This document shows positions 1-8,378 of a stretch of 26,256 nt of DNA, in pieces (position 1 is the first letter of the stretch; the number at the start of each line of letters is the position of its first letter). A model generated the notes under the pieces. The model was not told the DNA's origin, did not search any database, and worked only from the letters and a program-made list of their open reading frames with translations. The translations under genes were made by a program, and so were the position numbers. Origin of the DNA: a virus (Duplodnaviria > Caudoviricetes); the IMG/VR virus record IMGVR_UViG_3300026453_000310, positions 1 to 26,256 of that record, one strand, 5' to 3'.

Positions 1-111
1 GATGCCGCAGATGCAATTCAACGTTATGGTAAACTATATACTCTCAAAAGTATTATAGATGCACGTATAAGTAACAACACTAAGATTAGTGTAAAAATGA
101 GAATAGGATAA
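1..111 (+). CDS. C-terminal fragment of phage DNA primase (Toprim), truncated by window edge
   Basis: Frame 1 open from base 1 to TAA 109-111: DAADAIQRYGKLYTLKSIIDARISNNTKISVKMRIG. The (K)DAAD start resembles the KDxxD end of primase Toprim domains, and a helicase lies 2 kb downstream. Confidence 0.6.
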   Translation, partial: DAADAIQRYGKLYTLKSIIDARISNNTKISVKMRIG

Positions 112-120
112 AATAAAAAC

Positions 121-759
121 ATGAAAAATGATAAACCAATTATTCCACTACCAAAAGAACAACCCAAAATGCCTGCTCCCCCACCCCCTCCGATGCCGCC
201 GGCACCACCCAAGCAACCAGGCGAGTATAGCAAAGATAATGGTATTCTTTTCATGGACAAGGAATTTAATCAAGACAACTGTATGCCTTTGGTAAAAATG
301 ATTATTGAATACAATCTTATGCCAAAAGACAAAGCACCAGAAACTATTCACTTGTATATCAATTCACCTGGTGGGTTTGTAGACAGTTGTATGCATCTAA
401 TTGATACAATCAAACAGTCACGTATTCCAGTTTATACATACGGTATGGGTTCTATTGCAAGTTGTGGAGTTATGTTGATGATGTCTGGTGTAAAAGGTCA
501 TCGTTATCTTACACAAAACACTGCGGTCATGTCACATGAGTTCTCAGGTGGAACAAAAGGACAATACCATGATATGGTAGAAAGCCGTAAGCATATGGAC
601 TGGACCAATGAAAAATTAATGGAACATTACATTAAATGTACAGGCAAAACGAAAGCATATATTCGTAAGAACTTGTTAGCACCTAAAACAGACCATTGGT
701 TAACTCCAGAAGAAGCAATCAAGCACGGTATCGCTGACAAATTAATTACTACTTACTAA
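121..759 (+). CDS. clpP: ClpP-family serine protease subunit with Pro-rich N-terminal extension
   Basis: IHLYINSPGG motif; candidate catalytic Ser (IASCG), His (MSHE) and Asp (TDHWLTPEEAIKHGIADK). Confidence 0.92.
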   Translation: MKNDKPIIPLPKEQPKMPAPPPPPMPPAPPKQPGEYSKDNGILFMDKEFNQDNCMPLVKMIIEYNLMPKDKAPETIHLYINSPGGFVDSCMHLIDTIKQSRIPVYTYGMGSIASCGVMLMMSGVKGHRYLTQNTAVMSHEFSGGTKGQYHDMVESRKHMDWTNEKLMEHYIKCTGKTKAYIRKNLLAPKTDHWLTPEEAIKHGIADKLITTY

Positions 760-769
760 CAGTTTTCTA

Positions 770-798
770 TTGACTATTGCAAATAAATTTGCTATTAT
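770..798 (+). promoter_or_regulatory. sigma70-type promoter for prs-psiE
   Basis: TTGACT (770-775), 17-bp spacer, TGn-TATTAT (793-798). The spacer contains the inverted repeat GCAAAT-AA-ATTTGC (779-792). Confidence 0.7.
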
Positions 799-831
799 AA
801 CAGTATTAACTGTAACATAAAGGTGAGGTCT

Positions 832-1779
832 ATGAAGATTATAGCTGGTAACAGTAACAGAGATTTAGCGGAAAAGATTGCTGAACATTGTTTTACTGAT
901 ATTGTCCCGTCTGATATTAAAACTTTTGCAGATGGAGAATGTAGTGTAGAATTTTTTGATAACATCAGAGGTGAAGATGTTTTCATCATACAAAGTACAA
1001 GTTCACCAGTAAATGATAATTTAATGGAAATGATGGTCATGATTGATGCGGCTAAACGTAGTTCAGCCAAACGTATCACTGCCGTTATTCCTTATTTTGG
1101 TTATGCAAGACAGGATCGTAAGAGTGCATCACGTACTCCTATTACTGCAAAACTTGTTGCTAATCTTATTACTAAATCAGGTGCAGATAGAATCTTAACA
1201 ATGGATTTACATGCTGGACAAATTCAAGGCTTCTTTGATATACCCGTTGATGATTTAACAAGTAGATTAGTTTTTGCAAGAGATATCAAAAAACAACTTA
1301 ATGTAGATGAAGAACCAATTGTATTTGTTTCTCCAGATGCTGGTGGTACAGTAAGAGCAAGAAAGTTTGCTGATATGTATCATGCCAATTATGCTATCGT
1401 TGATAAACGTAGACCAGAAGCCGGTAAAGCAGAAGTAATGAATTTAATTGGTGAAGTAAAAGGACAACATGCAATTCTTGTAGATGATATTGTTGATAGT
1501 GGTGGAACCCTTTGCAATGCGGCTCAGGCAATTTTAGATGCTGGCGCTCTGAGTGTACGAGCATATATTACACATGGTGTTCTAAGTGGTGAAGCATGTA
1601 AGAAAGTTGAAAAGAGTGTACTAGAAGAATTAGTTATCACAGACAGTATTGAATTTAGATGTCCTAGTGATTGTAAAAAGACAAGAACAGTTTCAATTTG
1701 TGGGTTGTTAGGTGAAGCAATCAGACGAGTTAATAATGAAGAAAGTGTTAGTAGTCTGTTTAAAGCGAAAGTACATTAG
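832..1779 (+). CDS. prs: Ribose-phosphate pyrophosphokinase (class I PRPP synthetase)
   Basis: MKIIAGNSN start (ATG 832 preferred over GTG 823), [34 protein letters not shown] and the PRPP-binding motif [11 protein letters not shown]. Confidence 0.97.
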   Translation: MKIIAGNSNRDLAEKIAEHCFTDIVPSDIKTFADGECSVEFFDNIRGEDVFIIQSTSSPVNDNLMEMMVMIDAAKRSSAKRITAVIPYFGYARQDRKSASRTPITAKLVANLITKSGADRILTMDLHAGQIQGFFDIPVDDLTSRLVFARDIKKQLNVDEEPIVFVSPDAGGTVRARKFADMYHANYAIVDKRRPEAGKAEVMNLIGEVKGQHAILVDDIVDSGGTLCNAAQAILDAGALSVRAYITHGVLSGEACKKVEKSVLEELVITDSIEFRCPSDCKKTRTVSICGLLGEAIRRVNNEESVSSLFKAKVH

Positions 1780-1783
1780 TATT

Positions 1784-2212
1784 ATGAAAATTAAATTAGA
1801 TTTAACTAAGATTAATAGTAGATTACACTGGACAACACTTTACAGTGAAAAACTATTATTAGCAGTAATTGGATTACTAACAATGCTTGCCGCAGGTATG
1901 GATATTTTTCATATGGTGAAAAACTTAAAAGTAGAACTAGGTGACTTGTTCTTACTTTTCATTTATGCAGAGATTGTTGGTATGGTAGGTGCATTCTATA
2001 TCAGTAATAGAATACCTGTTACTTTACCTATCATCATTGCCATGACGGCACTTTGTAGATTAATTGTACTTCATTCGAAAGAAGCAGACCCGTGGATGCT
2101 TGTTGCAGAAGCAGGTGCTATTGCAGTATTGGCAGGAGCGGCATATCTTATGAGTTTAAAAGATAAACTTAGTTTAGAAAAAAAGTTTTTAAGAGAGAAG
2201 GATAAGGATTGA
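1784..2212 (+). CDS. psiE: Phosphate-starvation-inducible PsiE-family membrane protein
   Basis: Four hydrophobic segments and the pattern LLFIYAEIVGMVGAFY..RIPVTLPIIIAMTALCRLIV. ATG 1784 avoids overlap with prs. Confidence 0.82.
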   Translation: MKIKLDLTKINSRLHWTTLYSEKLLLAVIGLLTMLAAGMDIFHMVKNLKVELGDLFLLFIYAEIVGMVGAFYISNRIPVTLPIIIAMTALCRLIVLHSKEADPWMLVAEAGAIAVLAGAAYLMSLKDKLSLEKKFLREKDKD

Positions 2213-2237
2213 CATTTACCATAAGAGAGAGTAGAAT
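2209..2237 (+). promoter_or_regulatory. sigma70-type promoter for helicase (predicted leaderless mRNA)
   Basis: TTGACA (2209-2214), 17 bp, TAGAAT (2232-2237), then 6 nt and ATG 2244. Confidence 0.75.
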
Positions 2238-2243
2238 ATAAGA

Positions 2244-3656
2244 ATGTCCGATATAAAAGATTATAGTTCAGATTTACAAAAATTGTTTGTGCAATTTATG
2301 ATATCAGATCCAGAGTTATACTCTAGGGTCCGTAGTATTGTAAAGCCTGGTTATTTTGATAGAAGTATAAGAAAAGTAGTTGATTTATTAGTTGACCATT
2401 CAGAAGAATATGCAACTATTCCTACTCCTGAAATTATTAAAGCACAAACAGGACAAGACATTGAGAAAGTAGACAATATTAGTCAACACACAGATTGGTT
2501 TATCGATGAGTTTGAAACATTCTGTAGACATAAATCAATAGAAAAAGCAATTATTGATAGTGCAGATTTGCTTGAAACAGGTAAGTATGGTGAAGTAGAA
2601 CTTAGAATTAAAGAAGCAGTACAAACTGGACTAGCACGTTCATTAGGTACAGATTATTTTGAAGATCCTAGAGCAAGACTTGAAAAACTAAAAGATAACA
2701 ATGGTCAGATTACGACTGGTTGGAAAGTACTAGACGATAAATTGTATGGCGGAATAAATCGTGGCGAGATTACAATCTTTGCAGGCGGATCTGGTGCAGG
2801 TAAATCTTTGTTCATGCAAAATATGAGTTTGAATTGGGCAGAAGCAGGATTAAACTGTGTATACTTTACACTTGAACTTTCAGAAGAATTATCAAGTATG
2901 CGTATGGATGCAATGCTTACAGATAGAAGTACAAAAAGAATTTTTAAAGAATTAGATGATGTTGAATTAGCAGTTAAAACTAAAGGTAAAAAGTCTGGCA
3001 TGTTAAGAGTAAAGTATCTTCCATCAGGCTCTACAGTTAACGACTTGCGTTCTTATATTAAAGAATTACAAATACAAACTGGCAAACGAGTAGATTGCAT
3101 GTGTATCGATTATCTTGATTTGTTAATGCCAGCAACTAAAAAAGTTTCGGCTGGAGATTTGTTTATTAAAGACAAATATGTAACAGAAGAAATTCGTAAC
3201 TTTGCAATGGAAACTGAAAATGTCGTAGTAACTGCATCACAGTTAAACAGAAGTGCAGTTGAGGAAATTGAGTTTGACCATTCGCATATTGCTGGTGGTA
3301 TCTCTAAAATTCAGACTGCGGACAATGTTATTGGTATTTTTACAAGTCAAGCAATGCGTGAACGTGGACAATATCAGTTACAATTACTAAAAACTCGTTC
3401 ATCAAGTGGTGTAGGAAGTAAGATTAATCTGTTATTTGATAGAGATAGTTTGAAGATTACAGATGATAATTCAGAAGGTTTTGACGATGGTGATGGTACA
3501 CAAACATCATCTACGTTAAATATCATGGATAATTTAAGAAAAAAGACTACAGTAGTCGCAGAAACCCAAGAAAAATCCGAAGAACAAACAGATGTTGCAA
3601 AAGACTTAAGAGCAATGTTGAAGACCAAAACACGTTCTCCTTTTGATGAAAACTGA
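2244..3656 (+). CDS. dnaB: Replicative DNA helicase, DnaB/T4 gp41-like (SF4)
   Basis: Walker A GGSGAGKS, YFTLELSEE, CIDYLDL, TASQLNR and QLLKTR SF4 motifs. Confidence 0.93.
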   Translation: MSDIKDYSSDLQKLFVQFMISDPELYSRVRSIVKPGYFDRSIRKVVDLLVDHSEEYATIPTPEIIKAQTGQDIEKVDNISQHTDWFIDEFETFCRHKSIEKAIIDSADLLETGKYGEVELRIKEAVQTGLARSLGTDYFEDPRARLEKLKDNNGQITTGWKVLDDKLYGGINRGEITIFAGGSGAGKSLFMQNMSLNWAEAGLNCVYFTLELSEELSSMRMDAMLTDRSTKRIFKELDDVELAVKTKGKKSGMLRVKYLPSGSTVNDLRSYIKELQIQTGKRVDCMCIDYLDLLMPATKKVSAGDLFIKDKYVTEEIRNFAMETENVVVTASQLNRSAVEEIEFDHSHIAGGISKIQTADNVIGIFTSQAMRERGQYQLQLLKTRSSSGVGSKINLLFDRDSLKITDDNSEGFDDGDGTQTSSTLNIMDNLRKKTTVVAETQEKSEEQTDVAKDLRAMLKTKTRSPFDEN

Positions 3657-3662
3657 TAAATA
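3655..3662 (+). promoter_or_regulatory. T4-type late promoter box
   Basis: GATAAATA upstream of GGAG SD and ATG 3684; the motif recurs before several other operons. Confidence 0.65.
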
Positions 3663-3683
3663 CAGTAGAACGGAGAAATACCA

Positions 3684-3932
3684 ATGGATAAACCTAGAAA
3701 AAGTCTCTTTGAAGAACTAAATTCTTTAGCGTATTCTAATGAACGTGAAAGATTTGTAGAACAAAAAGGAGAAAATATCATTTCAGGTGCATTAAATCTT
3801 ATTGAATTCATTAATCGTGAATTCGATGAAGATGACGCTTTAGATTTACAGAAACGACTTGTTAATAGCATTCGTTCTGGTGATATTCGAAAGTTTAAAC
3901 GTGGTATAAACAGTGTTAAGGCTAAGAAGTAA
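3684..3932 (+). CDS. Hypothetical phage protein
   Basis: 82-aa ORF with GGAG SD, late promoter and TAATG overlap with the next gene. Confidence 0.8.
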   Translation: MDKPRKSLFEELNSLAYSNERERFVEQKGENIISGALNLIEFINREFDEDDALDLQKRLVNSIRSGDIRKFKRGINSVKAKK

Positions 3933-4153
3933 TGGATTTTGAGAAACAATTACAAAGATTAAAAGTACTATCTGGTATATATAAGCCATATCTTCCCGAG
4001 GAAACTCAGCAAGAGAATATATCTTATACTGGAACTGAAAAATCTAAACTACAAAAAAAGCACAATATACAACCTGGCACAGACGAATGGTTTAAGCTAT
4101 GGTTTGCTAAGCCTCATTTAACCGGTGAAAGACCTCTTGGGGATAATAAATGA
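3932..4153 (+). CDS. Hypothetical phage protein
   Basis: 73-aa ORF coupled at both ends (TAATG, ATGA-type overlap); IQPGTDEWFKLWF segment. Confidence 0.75.
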   Translation: MDFEKQLQRLKVLSGIYKPYLPEETQQENISYTGTEKSKLQKKHNIQPGTDEWFKLWFAKPHLTGERPLGDNK

Positions 4154-5499
4154 AAGTAAAAGATATTTTAGGTAAAGGCAGAGAACGTAGATTTAGAGGT
4201 CCAAGAAAACCACGTCTAAAACAAGTTGGCTTCCATAAAAAGATGAAAGGCTTGTTAGATGCAGATTTACAGGAAGAAGATAAGAACACACACTTAGACC
4301 ACGCAGAAGAACTTGTGTTCATGCAAGGTTCTGAAGGTATAAAAAGAATAGTAGGTACATTTACTAAACTGTTAAGCACACTAGATGGTCAAGGTGGCGG
4401 TGATGCAATCACTACAAAATGGGACGGATCTCCGGCTGTATTTGCTGGAACAGACCCACAAGATGGTAAATTCTTTGTAGGCACAAAAGGTGTCTTTGCA
4501 AAAACACCAAAACTTAATAAATCTTCACAAGATATTGAAACAAATCATCCTGATACTACGAACAAAGGTGAAGAAGTAAGTAAAGCCGGATTGCGTAGTA
4601 AATTAAATTCATCTTTAGAACATTTAAAAGACTTAGGTATTGAAGGTGTATTACAAGGTGACTTGTTATTCACTAAAGGTGATTTGAAACAAGTTAATAT
4701 TGAGGGCAAACCTCATATTGCATTCAAACCAAATACAATCACTTATGTTGTTCCTGCTGATAGTAAAACAGCCAAAGAAATGATGTCGGCTGATATTGGT
4801 ATTGTGTTTCATACAAGCTACTCAGGTAATAGTATGGAAGAAATGAAAGCAACATTTGGGTTTGATAGTAGTAAATTAAGACCTTCAAAGAATGTTTGGT
4901 TTACTGATGCAAGAATTAAAGATGTAACAGGGCAAGTACAGTTATCTAAAGAGAACAGTGCTAAAATTCGTTCAGCAATTAAAGAATTAAGTTCAATGTC
5001 AGTAGATGCTAATACATTTAAAGCATTAAATCAAAAGATTGGTGGTATTGAATTAGTAAATGCTATTAAGGCACATGCTAATGCACCAATTCGTTCAGGA
5101 CAGGCATTAGAACAAGATGCAAGTAAGTTTGCACAAGACTTTTTAACTTCACTAGAGTCAAAGTTTGATGATGCAGTAGCAAAATTAAAAACAGGACCAG
5201 AAGGTAAAGCAGGTCAGGCAAAATTATCGGCTAAATCAGCCGTTTCGGGAATTATAAATAACAATAAGACACAAATCGCTGATATGTATCGTGCATATCT
5301 AAAAACTGAGGCAGTTAAAATGATGTTTCAGAAAAAGATGAGAAATATAAAAGCGATTGATAGTTTTATTGAACAACCAGACGGATCATTTAAAGTAACA
5401 GATCCAGAAGGCTTTGTCATTGTTGACCATGTTGGTAGAGCAATGAAGATTGTAGATAGATTAGAGTTTAGTGCGGCAAATTTCGCACCGAGAGATTAG
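4150..5499 (+). CDS. DUF6267-like protein with ligase/covalent nucleotidyltransferase-like motifs
   Basis: EDKNTHLDHAEE, TTKWDGSPA (KxDG), QGDLLF, PEGFVI, MKIVDR. Confidence 0.7.
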   Translation: MKVKDILGKGRERRFRGPRKPRLKQVGFHKKMKGLLDADLQEEDKNTHLDHAEELVFMQGSEGIKRIVGTFTKLLSTLDGQGGGDAITTKWDGSPAVFAGTDPQDGKFFVGTKGVFAKTPKLNKSSQDIETNHPDTTNKGEEVSKAGLRSKLNSSLEHLKDLGIEGVLQGDLLFTKGDLKQVNIEGKPHIAFKPNTITYVVPADSKTAKEMMSADIGIVFHTSYSGNSMEEMKATFGFDSSKLRPSKNVWFTDARIKDVTGQVQLSKENSAKIRSAIKELSSMSVDANTFKALNQKIGGIELVNAIKAHANAPIRSGQALEQDASKFAQDFLTSLESKFDDAVAKLKTGPEGKAGQAKLSAKSAVSGIINNNKTQIADMYRAYLKTEAVKMMFQKKMRNIKAIDSFIEQPDGSFKVTDPEGFVIVDHVGRAMKIVDRLEFSAANFAPRD

Positions 5500-5697
5500 A
5501 TGTTAAGTAAAAAATGTAAACTACACTTAGAAGAAGTCGGTGAAACACGTTGGGAACATTTTAAACATGCAATGTGGGTTTCGTGGCAACTAGAAAAGGC
5601 CGCATATGCGTGTTTTATACATGCGTTTGCTCCAAGATGGTTTTCAACATATGCAAGTGACAAATGTAATCAAGTATTACAATCAAGGAAAAAATAA
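5500..5697 (+). CDS. DUF6356-like small protein
   Basis: HLEEVGETRWEHFKHA...IHAFAP.WF...AS pattern recalled for this family. Confidence 0.65.
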   Translation: MLSKKCKLHLEEVGETRWEHFKHAMWVSWQLEKAAYACFIHAFAPRWFSTYASDKCNQVLQSRKK

Positions 5698-6491
5698 TGG
5701 AACAGTATAAAGGCAAATTACAATTAGTTAATACACTTACAGAAAGTAGATTATTCAGAACAAAGCAGAATATGAATAGTCTTAACGTTTCAGATGCAGG
5801 TGAACTTACGTTTGCTTATCTTATGCAGTTAAACATGATGAATAAAGATTATGAGTTTGCACCATTGGCAAAAGAATATGCTAATAGAACAATAGCATAT
5901 AGAAACTTTGATTACTTTAGAACAAGTGGTACAGATTTATATGCTACACTACATCGTATGATGGGCAAAGGCATAGATTACACAGACCCAAGAGATAAAA
6001 TTGCACACGGAAGAATTAATATAAAGAAACAAGACTTGTTGAGATATTTAGGACATATTGGTGCAGGTAAGTCAGATTCAGGGTTTGAACAAAGAATGTT
6101 ATTAAGATTTCAACGTGACTTAAATGTACAAGATGGCATGTTGAAATCCATGAGAAGACTTATAGGTGATTGGGATAACTTAAATCAGAACCAAAAAGCA
6201 CTAGTTACTACAAGAATGATGCAGTATACACGTGCAAAAGCAATGCGTAGTGAGTTGATGCCAGCGTTAAAATCGTTTCAAAAGCGTGGAAATTACATGT
6301 ATAAAGACAAAAAATCAACAAAATCTGTAGTAAAAAGCATTTGGGACAAGCCAATCACTAAAGTAGCGGCATTTGGAGCCGCGGCCGTCGCCGCAAACAA
6401 GGCTGGTAAGTTTTTAGGTAAAACTTCTTACCAAAGTACGGATAGAAACAAGGGCAGGGATTTATCTCAGAGATATAAAAAGTCCTCGTAA
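5697..6491 (+). CDS. Hypothetical phage protein (putative virion/core)
   Basis: 264-aa ORF in a late operon with TAATG coupling; LTE-SRLFRT near the N-terminus; basic C-terminus. Confidence 0.75.
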   Translation: MEQYKGKLQLVNTLTESRLFRTKQNMNSLNVSDAGELTFAYLMQLNMMNKDYEFAPLAKEYANRTIAYRNFDYFRTSGTDLYATLHRMMGKGIDYTDPRDKIAHGRINIKKQDLLRYLGHIGAGKSDSGFEQRMLLRFQRDLNVQDGMLKSMRRLIGDWDNLNQNQKALVTTRMMQYTRAKAMRSELMPALKSFQKRGNYMYKDKKSTKSVVKSIWDKPITKVAAFGAAAVAANKAGKFLGKTSYQSTDRNKGRDLSQRYKKSS

Positions 6492-6513
6492 CGCCCGATT
6501 TTTTGCAAAAAAT

Positions 6514-6543
6514 GATAAATAAAAGCATAGAGCAATATAAATA
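6514..6543 (+). promoter_or_regulatory. Late promoter boxes (tandem)
   Basis: GATAAATA 6514-6521 and TATAAATA 6536-6543 upstream of AGGAG SD and ATG 6577. Confidence 0.65.
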
Positions 6544-6576
6544 TGCTCAGTTTTAATTTCATTTAGGAGAACTAAA

Positions 6577-6840
6577 ATGGCAAAAGTACATGAATCATAT
6601 GACGCAGGTCAGTTTTTAACAGGTAATTTAAATCACTTTACAGTTACAAAAACTGGTATGGCGGCAAGCGACATGAAAGCAATCGTAGAAGGTGCAGGAA
6701 CACGTGCAACAGTAGTACTATTAGGTGCTATCGATGGTAACGATGTAAGAATCGCAGTAGAAAACAACGGCGCATGGGATGCCGCTGGTTTAGACGCGGC
6801 TCTAGGTGCTGACTTCTCAGTGGCTGATTTCGCATACTAA
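6577..6840 (+). CDS. Small putative virion structural/decoration protein (paralog 1)
   Basis: Own late promoter, AGGAG SD and terminator; Ala/Gly-rich; N-terminus similar to 6978..7370. Confidence 0.7.
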   Translation: MAKVHESYDAGQFLTGNLNHFTVTKTGMAASDMKAIVEGAGTRATVVLLGAIDGNDVRIAVENNGAWDAAGLDAALGADFSVADFAY

Positions 6841-6890
6841 TTTTTACCCCCCTGGACGTAAGTCCAACCCCACACTTTGCGTGTATTAAA

Positions 6891-6919
6891 AGGCTCACTT
6901 TATAGTGGGCCTTTTTTTT
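6891..6919 (+). terminator. Rho-independent terminator
   Basis: Stem AGGCTCACT/AGTGGGCCT (one G-U pair), loop TTAT, T-run to 6919; preceded by an A-run. Confidence 0.88.
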
Positions 6920-6938
6920 ATTCTAAATACCTTTCATA

Positions 6939-6946
6939 GATAAATA
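6939..6946 (+). promoter_or_regulatory. Late promoter box
   Basis: GATAAATA upstream of GGAG SD and ATG 6978. Confidence 0.65.
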
Positions 6947-6977
6947 CATATATAATTAAAATATTGGAGAAAACAAT

Positions 6978-7370
6978 ATGGCAAAGATACATGGTGCCGC
7001 AAGTGCTGGAGAGACTTTAGGCGGTAATATAAATTTTTATACATTATACCTTAGTGGTTTAGATATCACTGCAACTGGTAGTGTAGCAGACCAAACACAA
7101 CAAAACCTTGATGATGTTGTTAACTTAATTTCATTAGTTGCACAACCAATCATTATGAATAATCCAATCGCAGTTACACTTAATGGTCTAGCACCGTCGT
7201 TAACAGGCGCAGGATTTTTATTTAAGTTTGCAGTAGAGCATGGTAGAGTATTCGAAAGAAACGGAGATACTACTTCTGTTCTTAAAGAGTTGTTTGAAGG
7301 TATCACAATCGATGGTGTAACACTATCGCACCCAGCTAACATTGAATTTGTAATGTCTGACTTGTTGTAA
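6978..7370 (+). CDS. Small putative virion structural/decoration protein (paralog 2)
   Basis: MAKIHGAASAGETLGGNINFYTL aligns with MAKVHESYDAGQFLTGNLNHFTV; FAVEH aligns with IAVEN. Confidence 0.7.
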   Translation: MAKIHGAASAGETLGGNINFYTLYLSGLDITATGSVADQTQQNLDDVVNLISLVAQPIIMNNPIAVTLNGLAPSLTGAGFLFKFAVEHGRVFERNGDTTSVLKELFEGITIDGVTLSHPANIEFVMSDLL

Positions 7371-7384
7371 TAATTGAGTTTATC

Positions 7385-8056
7385 ATGGATTGGGAAAAAC
7401 TGATAGACGCAAGAGTACAAACAACAACATGGGACATGGATAAAGAAGTATCCAAAGATGTTATTGAAGAAATAATGTCAGAGGTACATAAACGTTCTGC
7501 CTCAAAACAAAACTTAGTTCGATATAATATACATATATTTGATTGGTCAGATACAGAATTTAGAAATCATTTCAATGAATTTTGTATCAGAGAACCATAC
7601 AAAATACCAGTAGAATATAACACCCAGGTTCTAGCACCCTATTTGATAATTTTTACAAGAAGAAATGTATACTGGAATAGAGAAGGTGATCCTTCAAAAT
7701 TAGGACATCCTGATACAGATTTTGAAACACAAGTTTATAATACACATTTTACGAGTTCTATGGAAACAGGGATAGCATCAGCTAATATAATTCTATCAGC
7801 AAAAGCAAAAGGATTGGACACAGGTTATTGTCAGTGTTTTAACTGGAATTATGAACATGTTAATGCTATCAAAGAAAAGCTAGAAGTAGATAATATCAAA
7901 GATATTTACTTGTCATTAGGTCTTGGATACGGTTCATCGTTAAAAAGAACACTTAATTTACATAAAAATCAATGGGTCAATACGTTTGCTCATGTTGGAA
8001 AGATGTGGGATATAGAACGCAAACCAGATAAAGATGAGTATATTAAATTTAGATAG
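7385..8056 (+). CDS. Nitroreductase-family flavoprotein
   Basis: LIDARVQTTTWD, SASKQN, ETGIASANIILSAKAKGLDTGYC and LSLGLGY match the nitroreductase motif layout. Confidence 0.8.
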   Translation: MDWEKLIDARVQTTTWDMDKEVSKDVIEEIMSEVHKRSASKQNLVRYNIHIFDWSDTEFRNHFNEFCIREPYKIPVEYNTQVLAPYLIIFTRRNVYWNREGDPSKLGHPDTDFETQVYNTHFTSSMETGIASANIILSAKAKGLDTGYCQCFNWNYEHVNAIKEKLEVDNIKDIYLSLGLGYGSSLKRTLNLHKNQWVNTFAHVGKMWDIERKPDKDEYIKFR

Positions 8057-8080
8057 CATATAAAATTTCTGATTATAAAT

Positions 8081-8088
8081 GATAAATA
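8081..8088 (+). promoter_or_regulatory. Late promoter box
   Basis: GATAAATA upstream of AGGAG SD and ATG 8127. Confidence 0.65.
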
Positions 8089-8126
8089 CAATCAACGGGA
8101 CCAGACTTCCCAAGTAGGAGTATATT

Positions 8127-8378
8127 ATGCCAGAAATAGATACAAAACTAGCAGAATTAGAAACAGAGAGTTTAGAAACTCATGTTGCAGTTGCACATGA
8201 ACGTTTTAAGAACTTAGACACAAGTATCAATAGACTAGAAGGTCTTATTGAAAAAAATGCCGCTGAAACAAAAGAAGGCTTATCTGAACTTAAAAAAATT
8301 ATTGTTTGGGCTAGTTCTACATTGTTTGCAACAATGCTTTTAGCGTTGTTAACTTCTGTATTTGGAGGCTTAAATTAA
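8127..8378 (+). CDS. Coiled-coil protein with C-terminal transmembrane helix
   Basis: Heptad-like N-terminal part followed by IIVWASSTLFATMLLALLTSVF. Confidence 0.75.
   Translation: MPEIDTKLAELETESLETHVAVAHERFKNLDTSINRLEGLIEKNAAETKEGLSELKKIIVWASSTLFATMLLALLTSVFGGLN

Noticed and set aside
799-816. Pho box upstream of prs-psiE
   Set aside because: One half-site-like CTGTAAC (810-816) but no partner at 11-bp spacing, and it lies downstream of the -10.
832-1779. ADPR-PP synthetase (Adps) of the phage NARP1 NAD-reconstitution pathway
   Set aside because: The sequence looks like a canonical class I bacterial Prs, and no adjacent Namat/Nampt-like gene is present in the window.
5497-5502. In-frame TAG-ATG junction fusing 4150..5499 with 5500..5697 (likewise TAA-ATG at 14495-14500)
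   Set aside because: Each partner looks like an independent complete protein; tight packing explains it, and no readthrough signal is evident.
6498-6513. Perfect 16-bp palindrome ATTTTTTGCAAAAAAT abutting a late promoter
   Set aside because: Low complexity in AT-rich DNA, and I saw no second copy.
6841-6920. tRNA gene
   Set aside because: No cloverleaf, TTC T-loop or acceptor stem; no tRNA or rRNA was recognised anywhere in the window.
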